In this document: positions 21,145-31,152 of the stretch, piece by piece
Layout: the number at the start of each line of letters is the position of its first letter
How positions within the stretch are numbered: the first letter of the stretch is position 1
Origin: Desulfobacterales bacterium
GTDB taxonomy: Bacteria > Desulfobacterota > Desulfobacteria > Desulfobacterales > UBA5852
DNA length: 64,000 bases
Assembly (NCBI GenBank): GCA_963674755.2
Contig: CAXXVS010000002.1
Span: 672,001-736,000 of the forward strand
Direction: 5' to 3'
The notes under the pieces: generated by a model
Told to the model about the DNA's origin: nothing
The model's input: the letters and a program-made list of their open reading frames with translations, nothing else
Database searches by the model: none
Made by a program: the position numbers and the translations under genes

Positions 21145-21807
21145 ATGAATGGCAAAACCGTAAGGCTGTTGATTTTGGCACTGGGGTTCTTTTGGCTGGC
21201 ACCGCTCAACATCCAAGCGGCTGAGGGGGCCGAACCGCCTGCCGGCGGCGCCGAGAGCACCTCCATTGAAGCGCTGCGCCATGAGGTCGAGATGTTGAAG
21301 CAAACGGTGCGTCGGTTGGAGGAGGTGATTTCCGAGATGGAAAAGCAGCCCTCTCATCCGAAGGCACCCCTGGAGAGTACCACGCCGAGGCCGGTCGACA
21401 AGACAGCGCCCGCAGCGGTCCCGGCCGTCCAGGAAGCCACCGGGCCACCAGCGGCGGCTGCGGCAGAACCATCGGCGCTTCCTGACACCGGCCGCGGCAG
21501 CTCATCCGCAACGGTCCCGGCCGCCCAGGAAGCCACCGAAACGCCCGCGGCGGCCGCTGCCGTGACAGCGACTCCCGGCAATACCGCCAACAGCGCGCCC
21601 TCCCTTTCTCAGCAGTGGCGCAGCATCGAACGCGGCATGGGCGCTGAACAGATCGAGGCGCTTTTGGGAGCGCCGCAACAAAAATTTTCGGTGGGTGGGA
21701 ATACCGTCTGGTACTACCAGTATCCGAACAACCGAAGGGGATCGGTCACGTTCTCTGGAGACAGGCAGGTCTCCGGCTGGCAAAAACCCCCCTTTGGCGG
21801 CTTTTAA
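21145..21807 (+). CDS. exported protein: coiled coil, Ala/Pro/Thr linker, C-terminal SmpA/BamE-like domain
   Basis: IERGMGAEQIEALLGAP..WYY; internal duplication 96 nt apart (21412 and 21508). Confidence 0.65.
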   Translation: MNGKTVRLLILALGFFWLAPLNIQAAEGAEPPAGGAESTSIEALRHEVEMLKQTVRRLEEVISEMEKQPSHPKAPLESTTPRPVDKTAPAAVPAVQEATGPPAAAAAEPSALPDTGRGSSSATVPAAQEATETPAAAAAVTATPGNTANSAPSLSQQWRSIERGMGAEQIEALLGAPQQKFSVGGNTVWYYQYPNNRRGSVTFSGDRQVSGWQKPPFGGF

Positions 21808-22086
21808 TTCTTCGCCGCTTGCGGCGTTCGATGGCCTTTATCGATACCCCGCTGCTTTGCGACGGGGTCGTTCATCGCTTCTGCGGTTTGTAATGGCCCA
21901 ATCCGGAAGATGACCGGATGCTGTGGCAGGCCAACACCGGCCGCGTAGCGCGGGACAGCCGTCCACAAGACCCGCAACCCTTCCACGGATGCGGGACACC
22001 TGAGGGATAGGTCTTTCAACAATCCTTGAAATGGCCGGAACCGAAGCCATCGCAAATCGGAAGTAAAAAAGGGGAGCAAGCCGCTT

Positions 22087-22818
22087 ATGAACTCCGACGG
22101 GGCGGGAGATATGCCGCATCAACAAATCGCATCAGAGATCGATCAACACGCTCGCAAGGTACAGGTGATTGAATTAGCCGTTTTCCTGTTCCTGATCGTA
22201 CCGCCCATGGCGACCTCGTTTTTGATCAGTGGCCAATCGAATCTGGGATTTAAGACCGGCGCCACTTTTTCCATCCTGAACGATCTGGGCCTGGTCAGTC
22301 TCATCTTCTACTTTATCTGGCGCAACAGGGAATCTCTGCACAGCATCGGATTGACCCGGCGAAACTTCCCCAAGGAAGTTCTCTGGGGTCTGGTGCTGTT
22401 TCTTCCGATCATGTATGCCACCAATCTGCTGAGCGGCGTCCTGCATGGGGCCGGTTTTTCAGCACCAACCAAACTGCCTTCCTTCCTTGTCGCCAAGGGC
22501 CATGCGGGACTGTTGCTGGCGGTGGTTATGGTCATCGTCGTGGCCTTCGTGGAGGAGACCATTTTCCGCGGCTACCTCATTCGGCGGTTTAAATCCGCTA
22601 CCCAACACCCGTGGGTCGCCGTGCTTTTTTCGTCGCTGGTCTTTTCCCTCGGACATGGCTACGAAGGCATGTCGGGGGTGATCAGTATTTTTTGCCTGGG
22701 GGCGGTGCTGGCCGTTATCTACCTGTGGCGTAAAAGTCTTGTGGCACCGATGGTCATCCATTTCTGCATCGATTTCAGCAGCATTGTATTGGCGGCCTGG
22801 CTGATGATGGGCACATGA
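22087..22818 (+). CDS. CPBP (Abi/CAAX) intramembrane metalloprotease
   Basis: EETIFRGYL, FSLGH, IHFCID; multi-TM. Confidence 0.9.
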   Translation: MNSDGAGDMPHQQIASEIDQHARKVQVIELAVFLFLIVPPMATSFLISGQSNLGFKTGATFSILNDLGLVSLIFYFIWRNRESLHSIGLTRRNFPKEVLWGLVLFLPIMYATNLLSGVLHGAGFSAPTKLPSFLVAKGHAGLLLAVVMVIVVAFVEETIFRGYLIRRFKSATQHPWVAVLFSSLVFSLGHGYEGMSGVISIFCLGAVLAVIYLWRKSLVAPMVIHFCIDFSSIVLAAWLMMGT

Positions 22819-22968
22819 TGTTTTGCAGAACGTCAATTTATCTACCCTGGAATTCTCTGAATGAAAATCGAGAAAGATACGGCCCAAGGCCATTATCGAC
22901 CGCGCGGGGTGGGGCGCCGGCGTTGGAAAAGCGGCGACCGCCATCACGTCGTTATCAAGGAGAAAGAC

Positions 22969-23457
22969 ATGTTGAATTCAATAATGATCGACAGTGTAGC
23001 GAAGCGAAGTTTTCGGCGATGGGCTCTTTATTTAGCTTCGGCCGCCCTTGTTCTGCTGGTTGCCGGCTGTGCGACCATGGGCACGCCTCGTCCGGCACCG
23101 GTCACCGTTCCCCAGATTGTTGCCATGGCCAAAGCAGGCGTTTCGGCCGATGACATCATTGCCCAGATTCAGGCGTCCGGAACCGTTTATCGGCTCAAGG
23201 CAAGTCAACTGGCGAAATTGGAGCAAGAAGGCGTTCCGGCCAAAGTAATCAACTACATGCAGGAGACCTACCTGATGGCGGTCAAGCGCGACACCCGCTA
23301 TCAGGACGATCAATTCTGGACCAATGATAACGATTATCTGTATGGCGGCGATCCCTACGGTTGGGGCGACGACGGCGGCTTTGGCGGCGGGGATGACGAG
23401 GGCGGAGGGGATGACGAGGGTGGCGGGGATGACGATGATGGCGGCGACGCCCGCTAG
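22969..23457 (+). CDS. lipoprotein with Gly/Asp-rich acidic tail
   Basis: AAGGAG RBS, lipobox LVAGC, small helical domain, GGGDDE repeats. Confidence 0.75.
   Translation: MLNSIMIDSVAKRSFRRWALYLASAALVLLVAGCATMGTPRPAPVTVPQIVAMAKAGVSADDIIAQIQASGTVYRLKASQLAKLEQEGVPAKVINYMQETYLMAVKRDTRYQDDQFWTNDNDYLYGGDPYGWGDDGGFGGGDDEGGGDDEGGGDDDDGGDAR
23383..23436 (+). repeat. 18-bp tandem repeat x3 encoding GGGDD(E/D)
   Basis: ggcggcggggatgacgag / ggcggaggggatgacgag / ggtggcggggatgacgat. Confidence 0.85.
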
Positions 23458-23615
23458 GTGATCCGGCACGGTCGGCCACGTTGCATGGTTTTGCAAAAGA
23501 AACGCAAAATCGCGGCCGGCATTATTTGCATTTGTTTGAATTGTCATTCGGGGGGAATCCTTTAGTCTTCAGGGCAGGAGAGGATCATTCACTGCCCAAC
23601 CGAAAGGAGCCCGAC

Positions 23616-24812
23616 ATGACAACCCTACGCTTGCTGACGACAACCGCTGTTTTCGGACTGATCGCACTGTTGGCCACGGTCGGTGGCACCGGCCTGCTAG
23701 CGGCCGCCGAGAGGAATCATGAAGCGACCGCTCGCATCCTTCCGGAACGGCCTGCGGTGGAGGTGGTGTTCGTGCTGGACACCACCGGCAGCATGGGAGG
23801 CCTGATCGCCGCGGCCAAAGACAAGATCTGGTCCATCGCCAATACCCTGGCAACGGCCGACCCGGCGCCCCGTATCAGGATGGGACTGATCGGCTACCGC
23901 GATCGGGGCGACGCCTACGTCACCACCAGCACACCGCTTTCGGACGACCTGGATGCGGTCTGCACCCAGTTGATGCGGTTTCAGGCCGACGGCGGGGGCG
24001 ACGGGCCGGAGAGCGTCAACCAGGCTCTCTACGAGGCCGTCACCGGGCCGGATTGGAGCCGGGATGTCAAGACCTATCGGGTTGTCTTCCTGGTGGGCGA
24101 TGCGCCGCCCCACATGGACTACCAGGACGATATCCGCTACGCCGAGAGCTGCCGCCTGGCCACCGAACGGGATATCGTGATCAATACCATCCAGTGCGGC
24201 GCCATGGCTGAGACCACCCCCGTATGGCGCCAGATCGCAGGCCTGGCCGAGGGGCGTTTTTTTCAGGTTGCCCAGGCGGGCAGTGCCGTGCTTTACGACA
24301 CCCCCTATGACGACCGCATTGCCGCGCTTTCGGCGGAGTTGGACGCCACCCGGATCTATTACGGCGACAAGACCCAGATGGCCGCCGCCGAGACGCGCAA
24401 GCGGGAGGCCGATGCGATCTACGAGTCCGCGGCCCCCGCCGCCGTGGCCAAACGGACCATTTTCAACGCCAGTGGTGCCGGATCGAAAAACTTTTTAGGC
24501 TCCCAGGAACTGGTGGCGGACGTCGCCGCCGGGCGGGTCGACCTGGCCACCGTCGAAAAGGAGTCCCTGCCGGATAACTTGCAGGCCATGCGCCCCAAAG
24601 AGCGCCAGGCCTATGTTGCCCAAAAGGCGGTCGAACGCCAGGCGCTCCAGGACCGGATCGCAACACTGGGCCAACAGCGGCAGGCCTTCATCGAAGCCAA
24701 GGTCAGGGAAGAGGGCGGCGGGGAGAAGAGCCTGGATGCCCAGCTTTACCGCTGCATCAAGACCCAGGCGGCGGACAAGGCGATTCGGTATACGGGCGGG
24801 CCGGCCTACTAA
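23616..24812 (+). CDS. exported von Willebrand factor A domain protein
   Basis: VVFVLDTTGSM MIDAS motif, GGGDGPESV, FLVGDAPPH; AAGGAG RBS. Confidence 0.88.
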   Translation: MTTLRLLTTTAVFGLIALLATVGGTGLLAAAERNHEATARILPERPAVEVVFVLDTTGSMGGLIAAAKDKIWSIANTLATADPAPRIRMGLIGYRDRGDAYVTTSTPLSDDLDAVCTQLMRFQADGGGDGPESVNQALYEAVTGPDWSRDVKTYRVVFLVGDAPPHMDYQDDIRYAESCRLATERDIVINTIQCGAMAETTPVWRQIAGLAEGRFFQVAQAGSAVLYDTPYDDRIAALSAELDATRIYYGDKTQMAAAETRKREADAIYESAAPAAVAKRTIFNASGAGSKNFLGSQELVADVAAGRVDLATVEKESLPDNLQAMRPKERQAYVAQKAVERQALQDRIATLGQQRQAFIEAKVREEGGGEKSLDAQLYRCIKTQAADKAIRYTGGPAY

Positions 24813-24833
24813 AACCCGAACCTAAGCCCCAAA

Positions 24834-24869
24834 AAGGGTCCGCCTTTTCAAGGGAGGGGGGGGACCCTT
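24834..24869. terminator. hairpin between convergent genes
   Basis: aagggtcc...ggaccctt inverted repeat. Confidence 0.45.
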
Positions 24870-24953
24870 ATATGTTGGATTGTTTCCAATAGAAAGGCCG
24901 TGGCGCGACTCAAGGCCCGCACCGAAAGCCGGCCTTGGGCACCGGCCCCCTGG

Positions 24954-25607
24954 TCATGCCGAAACCGGAACGACGTAGAACAGCACGGCAATGAAATGGA
25001 AGATGCTGCCGGCCAGGACGAAAAGGTGCCACACCGCATGGTTGTAGTTCATCTTATCCCGGACATAGAAGAAAATGCCCAATGTGTAGGCCAACCCCCC
25101 CAGGGCGAGAAACAGGATGCCGCCGGCCGCCACCGAGTGGATCAACGGTTTGACGGCCGCCACGACCGACCAGCCCATTCCGACGTACAACATCAGTGAA
25201 ACGGTTTTCCCCTGCTTCGCCGGCATGAACTGCAGCACGATGCCGAGCACCGCCAACCCCCAGACCACCCCGAAAAGCCCCCATCCCCAGGGGCCGCGCA
25301 GGCTGACCAGGGTAAAGGGCGTATAGGTTCCGGCGATCAGCAGGTAGATGGCGGAATGATCCAGGTTCTGGAGAAACCCCTTCAGGCGTTGCTTCTGGAT
25401 ACTGTGGTAAAGGGTGGAGGCCGTGTAAAGCAGGATCAACGTCGCGCCGTAAACACTGACGCTGACGACACGCCAGACATCGCCATAGCGGTCTGCAAAT
25501 CTGATGAGGATACACAGGGCGGCAATGGCCAGCAAAATGCCGATGCCATGGGTGATGCTGTTGGCAATCTCTTCCCCGGGGCTATAGCGGTTGAAGCTCT
25601 TTTCCAT
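24954..25607 (-). CDS. hemolysin III (PAQR) family membrane protein
   Basis: EEIANSITHG, STLYH, DHSAIYLLIAGTYTP, HAVWHLFVLAG. Confidence 0.95.
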   Translation of the reverse strand: MEKSFNRYSPGEEIANSITHGIGILLAIAALCILIRFADRYGDVWRVVSVSVYGATLILLYTASTLYHSIQKQRLKGFLQNLDHSAIYLLIAGTYTPFTLVSLRGPWGWGLFGVVWGLAVLGIVLQFMPAKQGKTVSLMLYVGMGWSVVAAVKPLIHSVAAGGILFLALGGLAYTLGIFFYVRDKMNYNHAVWHLFVLAGSIFHFIAVLFYVVPVSA

Positions 25608-25854
25608 GGATGTATTCCATTATCTACAAATAAAATTGGTGCCGGTTGAAAATACGTTGGGAATCCTATTCCGCTATGCTCTTGGAGCTCAATAGAAATC
25701 CTTGGCGTTACACTTCTTTTACGAGTTGGATGAAAATGACAGGCACTCGAATGATGCGAAAGAAAATTCGCTGGGCACCTGGAAGATTGTTCGTGATCAC
25801 AGCAAGGACGAGGGTGAGAGCGGTCACCAAGGAGAGGAAGGTGATGTATTTTGG

Positions 25855-25962
25855 CTGAAGGATTACATTGAGCCTCTCGACATCACCGTTACATTCGTTG
25901 CCGAGATGCTGGGTGTATCGCGGAAGGCCGTCTCGGCAATCGTGAATGAGCGCAAATCCATT
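25855..25962 (+). pseudogene. fragment of HigA-family antitoxin (HTH)
   Basis: LKDYIEPLDITVTFVAEMLGVSRKAVSAIVNERKS; no HPGE start and no C-terminal half. Confidence 0.65.
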
Positions 25963-26007
25963 TGGGCATCATCAAACATCGGAACGGCTGTTCCCTATAA
26001 CGCTTTA

Positions 26008-26442
26008 TTAAACCGCAGCCTCTAGCGAGGCTTTTTCATACGCTTCGTCGAGGCGTGCGGTGACATAGCCCACGAGATCGTCATCCCATGCCTCGATATC
26101 GAAACAATGGGCATCTTCACCCAGCAAGCCTTCCGGCACGAAATCCCCGATCTCATCCGGATCGGAGATCATCTCGCCGAAAAAGCAGACCGAGAGCCAG
26201 CGCTCACTCGGATCGTCATCGATGATATCGATCATGGCAAACAAGGGGCGCTGGTTCTGCCGGCGGTGTTTGGCCCGCAAAGAGTAGGAGACGCCGGGCC
26301 GGGCGACGAATTCGAAAATCAGGTCGGTTTTGCGGGTCAGGTGATCCCGCAGATAATGAAAGACTTTTTTGGTCTGTTGGGCGTTGTCGGTCCATTGGGC
26401 CAGAAGGGCATCCAATTCGGTATCAGCGTTGATGGCATCCAT
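26008..26442 (-). CDS. conserved hypothetical protein
   Basis: Protein-like ORF (RPGVSYSLR, WLSVCF, PEGLLGEDA) with GGAG RBS. Confidence 0.75.
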   Translation of the reverse strand: MDAINADTELDALLAQWTDNAQQTKKVFHYLRDHLTRKTDLIFEFVARPGVSYSLRAKHRRQNQRPLFAMIDIIDDDPSERWLSVCFFGEMISDPDEIGDFVPEGLLGEDAHCFDIEAWDDDLVGYVTARLDEAYEKASLEAAV

Positions 26443-26598
26443 GCTGTTGCTCCCCGGGTAGAATGGCTTATAATGAGAAATATCTCTAAACAGCGACTCC
26501 TTATAGCCGGGAAAGAACGGAGCGTCAAGCCTTCCAAGATCGTCATCAAAGAAAAAGGACGATGCGGACTTATCAAATAGAAAAACATGGCAATCGCA

Positions 26599-26744
26599 TC
26601 AATTAGGGTTGAATATACATAAAAATATGACCTCTGGGGAATGGTGGTTTGAGGTCCGGAAGAGAGTAGGTATGCCGTATTTTTGCAGGGGAGCTGGTAC
26701 TTGTCTCTCGTGGCTAAGCTATATTTATATATGAATGTCCCTAG
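26599..26744 (+). repeat. ~145-bp dispersed element, copy 1 (most complete)
   Basis: Near-identical to 33473-33591 (left part) and 34620-34693 (right part). Confidence 0.9.
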
Positions 26745-26999
26745 CCCGGTGGTGAATTTGGCGTAATTCACGAATTTTACATTGCTCCTGAAATGCGGTC
26801 TAATGGATTAGGCAATCATTTGATTGAAAAAGCTAAAAAAATTGCCATTGATATGGGTTGGAAAAGGCTGGAGGTTGGAGCACCGCCATATCCTGAATGG
26901 GAAAGAACTAAAAGCTTCTATCTCAAAGAAGGTTTTGTTGAAATTGGCCCAAGATTAAAATGGATTGCCGAACAAAGCGTTTTAGAATCGACGCACTAA
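26745..26999 (+). pseudogene. 5'-truncated GNAT acetyltransferase cassette gene
   Basis: GGEFGVIHEFYIAPEMRSNGLG (motif A) and FYLKEGF; starts right at the element end; low GC. Confidence 0.75.
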
Positions 27000-27030
27000 A
27001 AACGTGTGCGTCGCAACTCAAACGTTCAGC
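26967..27030 (+). mobile_element. integron attC site
   Basis: R'' GCCGAAC to R' GTTCAGC, 64 bp, central hairpin CGACGCAC...GTGCGTCG. Confidence 0.75.
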
Positions 27031-27040
27031 GAGGAACAAA

Positions 27041-27367
27041 ATGAATGCGGTAATATATGAAGCATTGCTCGACACGATCAGCGCCCCGATCGTCTTTGTC
27101 GATAACGATCACGTTATTCGCTACCTGAACAAGGCGGCAAAAGTAAGGTATTATGAAAAGAGAGGATACGCGGACCTGATCGGCAAGTCATTGTTCGAGT
27201 GCCACAATGCGGAATCCGAGACGTTGACGAAGAAAATTTACAACAGGCTTGTGGAAGGGGAAAACGAGGTTTTCCTGAAAGTGAGCGATGACAACCAAAA
27301 GATCACGGTCATCGCCGTTCGCGACGCAGCCGGGAAGCTGATCGGCTACTATGAACGCTTTGAGTGA
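27041..27367 (+). CDS. single PAS-domain protein (cassette gene)
   Basis: IVFVDNDHVIRYLN, LIGKSLFECH, VRDAAGKLIGY; begins 10 bp after attC. Confidence 0.85.
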   Translation: MNAVIYEALLDTISAPIVFVDNDHVIRYLNKAAKVRYYEKRGYADLIGKSLFECHNAESETLTKKIYNRLVEGENEVFLKVSDDNQKITVIAVRDAAGKLIGYYERFE

Positions 27368-27389
27368 AACATTGCACCCGCGGCCGCAC

Positions 27390-27602
27390 GGCGACCCAGG
27401 CATCATCCCGGTGAGCTTTCCCGAACCCAACGGCCCCGGCATCGAAGAAACATCGGCTTTTCTCACCACCGCATTGCGTTCCGGTAAGTTTATCGGCCTC
27501 AGGTTCGCCTGCTATCATCCCCGCCTGGATCCCGGTTTCAAGGCGGCTTCAGCCGTGGTGGGCCTGTTGCGTTCGGCATTAAGCGATTCCACCGAACTAT
27601 AG
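27390..27602 (+). pseudogene. C-terminal fragment of arginase-family protein
   Basis: DPGIIPVSFPEPNG..FIGLRFACYHPRLDP resembles the arginase C-terminus; no N-terminal part. Confidence 0.5.
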
Positions 27603-27717
27603 GTTTCGACAGGGTTACACACCATGCGGGTATTTGATAAAACGCAAGCCAAACGGATGCGGTCCATGCACCGACCGGTTTTTGAACAACCCGCATCACA
27701 AAGGGGCAGGTGACGGG

Positions 27718-30114
27718 ATGATGGAAAAATCCTCGACGGAAAGATTGCGGGAACGCATCAGGGAACTGGAGCTGTCGCTTGCGCATTGCCGCCGCGAGCG
27801 GGATGCCCTGCACGACAGCGAAGAACGCCTCAACATGGTGCTCGACGCCACGGGAGAGGGCGAGTGGGATTGGAACGCCCAGACAGGGGAGGTGCATTTC
27901 AGCACGCGCTACTGCCAAATGCTGGGCTATGAGCAGGGAGACCTCCCGCCGCGCTATGCGGCATGGGCCGATCTCCTGCACCCGGATGACAGACAGGCCT
28001 CGGAGAACGCGGTGCGCGCCCATCTTGAGGGCCGGACGGAAGCCTTCCGAATGGAGTTCCGCCTGAGAACCAAATCCGGCGGTTGGAAATGGATTTTGGG
28101 GCGGGGCAAGATAATCGAGCTGGACGAACAGGGCAACCCGCTGCGTATTCTCGGAACCCACCAGGACATTTCCCGCCGCAAGACAATGGAGCATGCCCTT
28201 AAACTCACGCAATCGGTGATCGACAGGGCTTCCTTCGGCTGTTACTGGATTAGCAGCGACAGCACGATAACCTACGTCAATGCCCAGGCCTGCCTCTGGC
28301 TCGGCTATGAGCGCGATGAGCTGCTGGGGAAATCCGTGGCGTTAATCGACCCGGACTATCCCGATCTGGTGTGGCGCGATTACTGGACGCAGCTGCTGGC
28401 AAACAAGGTTATGGTATTTGAAACCACGCACATGCGCAAGGACGGCACGACGTTCCCCGTGGAGATCACGAGCAACCACGTCATCTTCGAGGGACAGGAA
28501 TACAGTTGCGCATACGTGCGCGATCTGCGGGAGACCAAAAAGGCGGAGAAGGACCTGCGCGAAAGCGAGCAGCGGCTGCGCCAGGCCGTCCGGGTGGCTG
28601 AAATCGGCATATTCGACCATGACCATCTGGCCGGCAGCGTTTACTGGTCGCCCCGCCTGCGCGAAATCCACGGGCTGGAGCCCCATGAGCCCATCGGCAT
28701 GGAATTGTTCGGCATGCTCGTCCACCCTGAGGATCGGGAGCAAATCCTATCGGATATCAAGAAAGCCCACGATCCCGAGGGAGACGGTTTCTGGGATGTG
28801 GATTATCGGATCGTTCGCCGGGACGGGACCCAGCGCTGGCTGACCGCGCGCTCGCAAACCTTTTTCGAAGGAACGGGAAAGAACCGCCGGCCCGTGTATA
28901 CCGTGGGCGCGATGCGCGACGTCACCCGCTACAAACGGGACGCGATGGAACGCGAACGGTTGCAGGACCAACTGCTTCAGGCCCAAAAAATGGAATCGGT
29001 CGGGCGGCTGGCGGGCGGCGTGGCCCATGACTTCAACAACATGCTGGCCATCATCATCGGCCACGCGGATATGTTGATGCAGGAAATCCCCGAGAGCGCC
29101 CCGCACTACGAAGACCTTGTCAAAATAGAGGGGGCCGCGCAACATTCGGCGAATCTCACAAGGCAGCTATTGGCGTTTGCCCGCAAGCAGACCATCGCCC
29201 CACGACCGCTCGACTTGAACGAGGCCACCGAAAAAGCCCTCAAGATGCTGCTGCGCCTTATCGGAGAGGATATCGATGTCGCATGGAAGCCCGGGGCCGG
29301 GCTGTGGACGGTCAATGCCGACCCGTCCCAGATCGACCAGGTCCTGACCAACCTGCTGGTCAACGCCCGGGACGCCGTTGCCGAAAACGGCCAAATCACC
29401 ATAGAGACCGGCAACGTTCAATTCGATGCGCCATACTGCGAGCTGAACCCAGGGCACCAACCGGGCCGTTTCGTCATGCTGTCGGTGAACGACAACGGCT
29501 GCGGCATGGACCGCGAGACCCTGGACCATTTGTTCGAGCCGTTTTTCACCACGAATACCAACGGCCTGGGAACCGGTTTGGGCTTGGCCACGGTTTACGG
29601 GATCGTCAAGCAGAATGACGGCTTCATCAATGTCCACAGCCAATTGGGCCGCGGCACCACATTCAAGATCTATCTGCCCCGGCACGGGGACGCGGGAACG
29701 CCCCCTCCCGTTGAGGAGCGGCAAACGGCCTTGACGGGCGGCACGGAAACGATTCTGCTGGTGGAGGATGACGCGATGGTTCTCAACCTCAACCGCACCC
29801 TGCTCGAACGCATGGGCTACCAGGTCCTTGCGTCCTCCACCCCGACCAAGGCCGTCCGCAAGGCTAAGGATCACGCCGGTAAGATCCATCTGCTCATCAC
29901 CGACATTGTAATGCCGGAGATGAACGGGAAGGAATTGTCCGACCGGATTAAAGGCTTTCTCCCGGATCTCAAATGCCTGTTCATTTCTGGCTATCCCGCC
30001 GATATCATTGCCAGCCAGGGCGTCCTGCAGGAAGGGATCCAATTTCTGCAAAAACCCGCCACCCTCAAGGACCTCGCGGACAAGGTGCGGGAGGTGCTCA
30101 ACGGCAAGGGGTGA
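27718..30114 (+). CDS. cytoplasmic hybrid sensor histidine kinase (3 PAS, HisKA, HATPase, REC)
   Basis: HPDD/HPED PAS motifs, [27 protein letters not shown], receiver LLITD. Confidence 0.95.
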   Translation: MMEKSSTERLRERIRELELSLAHCRRERDALHDSEERLNMVLDATGEGEWDWNAQTGEVHFSTRYCQMLGYEQGDLPPRYAAWADLLHPDDRQASENAVRAHLEGRTEAFRMEFRLRTKSGGWKWILGRGKIIELDEQGNPLRILGTHQDISRRKTMEHALKLTQSVIDRASFGCYWISSDSTITYVNAQACLWLGYERDELLGKSVALIDPDYPDLVWRDYWTQLLANKVMVFETTHMRKDGTTFPVEITSNHVIFEGQEYSCAYVRDLRETKKAEKDLRESEQRLRQAVRVAEIGIFDHDHLAGSVYWSPRLREIHGLEPHEPIGMELFGMLVHPEDREQILSDIKKAHDPEGDGFWDVDYRIVRRDGTQRWLTARSQTFFEGTGKNRRPVYTVGAMRDVTRYKRDAMERERLQDQLLQAQKMESVGRLAGGVAHDFNNMLAIIIGHADMLMQEIPESAPHYEDLVKIEGAAQHSANLTRQLLAFARKQTIAPRPLDLNEATEKALKMLLRLIGEDIDVAWKPGAGLWTVNADPSQIDQVLTNLLVNARDAVAENGQITIETGNVQFDAPYCELNPGHQPGRFVMLSVNDNGCGMDRETLDHLFEPFFTTNTNGLGTGLGLATVYGIVKQNDGFINVHSQLGRGTTFKIYLPRHGDAGTPPPVEERQTALTGGTETILLVEDDAMVLNLNRTLLERMGYQVLASSTPTKAVRKAKDHAGKIHLLITDIVMPEMNGKELSDRIKGFLPDLKCLFISGYPADIIASQGVLQEGIQFLQKPATLKDLADKVREVLNGKG

Positions 30115-30239
30115 GGCGGTCCGCTAAAGAAGGGCGGCCAACCGTCCGGCGGAGACCGCCCTCATCGGTTTCAGGGTCAAACCGGCCCTGAACAACCGCT
30201 GACGGCGGATCGGTGCGTTTTCGATGATCCCGTCTTCGT

Positions 30240-30800
30240 TTAAGGATTGGGCGATTTTAGATCATTTGAAATATCGGGATAGAGCTTCTCGGCGCATTCC
30301 GGGCAGATTCCGTGGGAGAAGCGGGCCTCGGAATGGGCGCTGATGTACGCTTCGACCATGTGCCAGTAGCCCCGGTCGTCCCTGATTTTCTTGCACGAAG
30401 CGCAGATGGGGAGGATGCCCTCCAGGGCCCTCACCTCACTTAACGCCGCGCGGAGATCTTGTATCAGCAGATCCTTCTCCCGCTCGGCCTGTTCCTTGAA
30501 CAGGACGCATTGCTTGAGCGGTTTGTACAGCAAGTGGTAGAGGGTGGGGAAAACCAGCGCGGGCAAAAGCAGCGCGTCGCAGAGGGCCGCCAGGTATTCG
30601 GGCATGTGGGGCAGATGTTGGAACACGACCATGATCAGGAGCTCGATAAGAAAAATCGTGAAGGTAATCGCGGCCAGCAGCCCGTAAGGCTCAAGGCGAA
30701 TTGGAAAGGGTTGCGGTGGCGCGGATCGGCCGCCCGGATGAGCCGGGGGGGACAAGTCCCGATGGTTATCCATTTCAGCGCTGATGTCGGAATCGTGCAT
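30240..30800 (-). CDS. two-TM protein with C-terminal LPICASCKKIRDD Cys-rich domain
   Basis: LEGILPICASCKKIRDD..W..FSHGICPEC. Confidence 0.8.
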   Translation of the reverse strand: MHDSDISAEMDNHRDLSPPAHPGGRSAPPQPFPIRLEPYGLLAAITFTIFLIELLIMVVFQHLPHMPEYLAALCDALLLPALVFPTLYHLLYKPLKQCVLFKEQAEREKDLLIQDLRAALSEVRALEGILPICASCKKIRDDRGYWHMVEAYISAHSEARFSHGICPECAEKLYPDISNDLKSPNP

Positions 30801-30930
30801 GGTCTGTCAGACAACCTCCCTGTGACAAGCAAATAAAAATAGCCCTTTTCCGTTAACCGGCCGTAAAAAGCAAGCCTGATACGGGTTGCAAAAGGCCTTT
30901 GTCCGCAATCCCCACAAGCGGATCAAACGC

Positions 30931-30968
30931 AAAAGGCCGGCAACCCCCGATTTTGAGGGCGCCGGCCC
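30931..30968 (-). terminator. rho-independent terminator after mcp/cheW remnant
   Basis: GGCCGGC...GCCGGCC stem followed by TTTT on the minus strand. Confidence 0.6.
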
Positions 30969-31006
30969 AGCCAACCACCGATTAAGCGGCCGGCCATTTC
31001 TTTTGA

Positions 31007-31138
31007 TCAGGCTGCGGCCTCGATCTCCGCGATCTCTCCCTCAGTGAGCACGCGATCGATGTCGAGCAGAATCTTGACCGTGCCGTCCATGTTGGCCATG
31101 CCCAGAATATATCGGGTGTCCACCTTGGCTCCGAATCC
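31007..31138 (-). pseudogene. cheW: C-terminal remnant of CheW
   Basis: FGAKVDTRYILGMANMDGTVKILLDIDRVL..*; no start, only ~15 bp after the MCP stop. Confidence 0.8.
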
Positions 31139-31152
31139 TAGTTGCGTTTCGG

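Noticed and set aside
21930..22030. Degenerate REP-like remnant (similar impression at 16650-16740)
   Set aside because: No second copy or clean inverted repeat within the window
25636..25643. TTGGTGCC as an att duplication of the tRNA-Arg 3' end
   Set aside because: Only 8 bp match; expected by chance
26626..26733. 35-aa ORF (MTSGEWW...) inside the repeated element
   Set aside because: No RBS, no recognisable similarity, incomplete in the other copies
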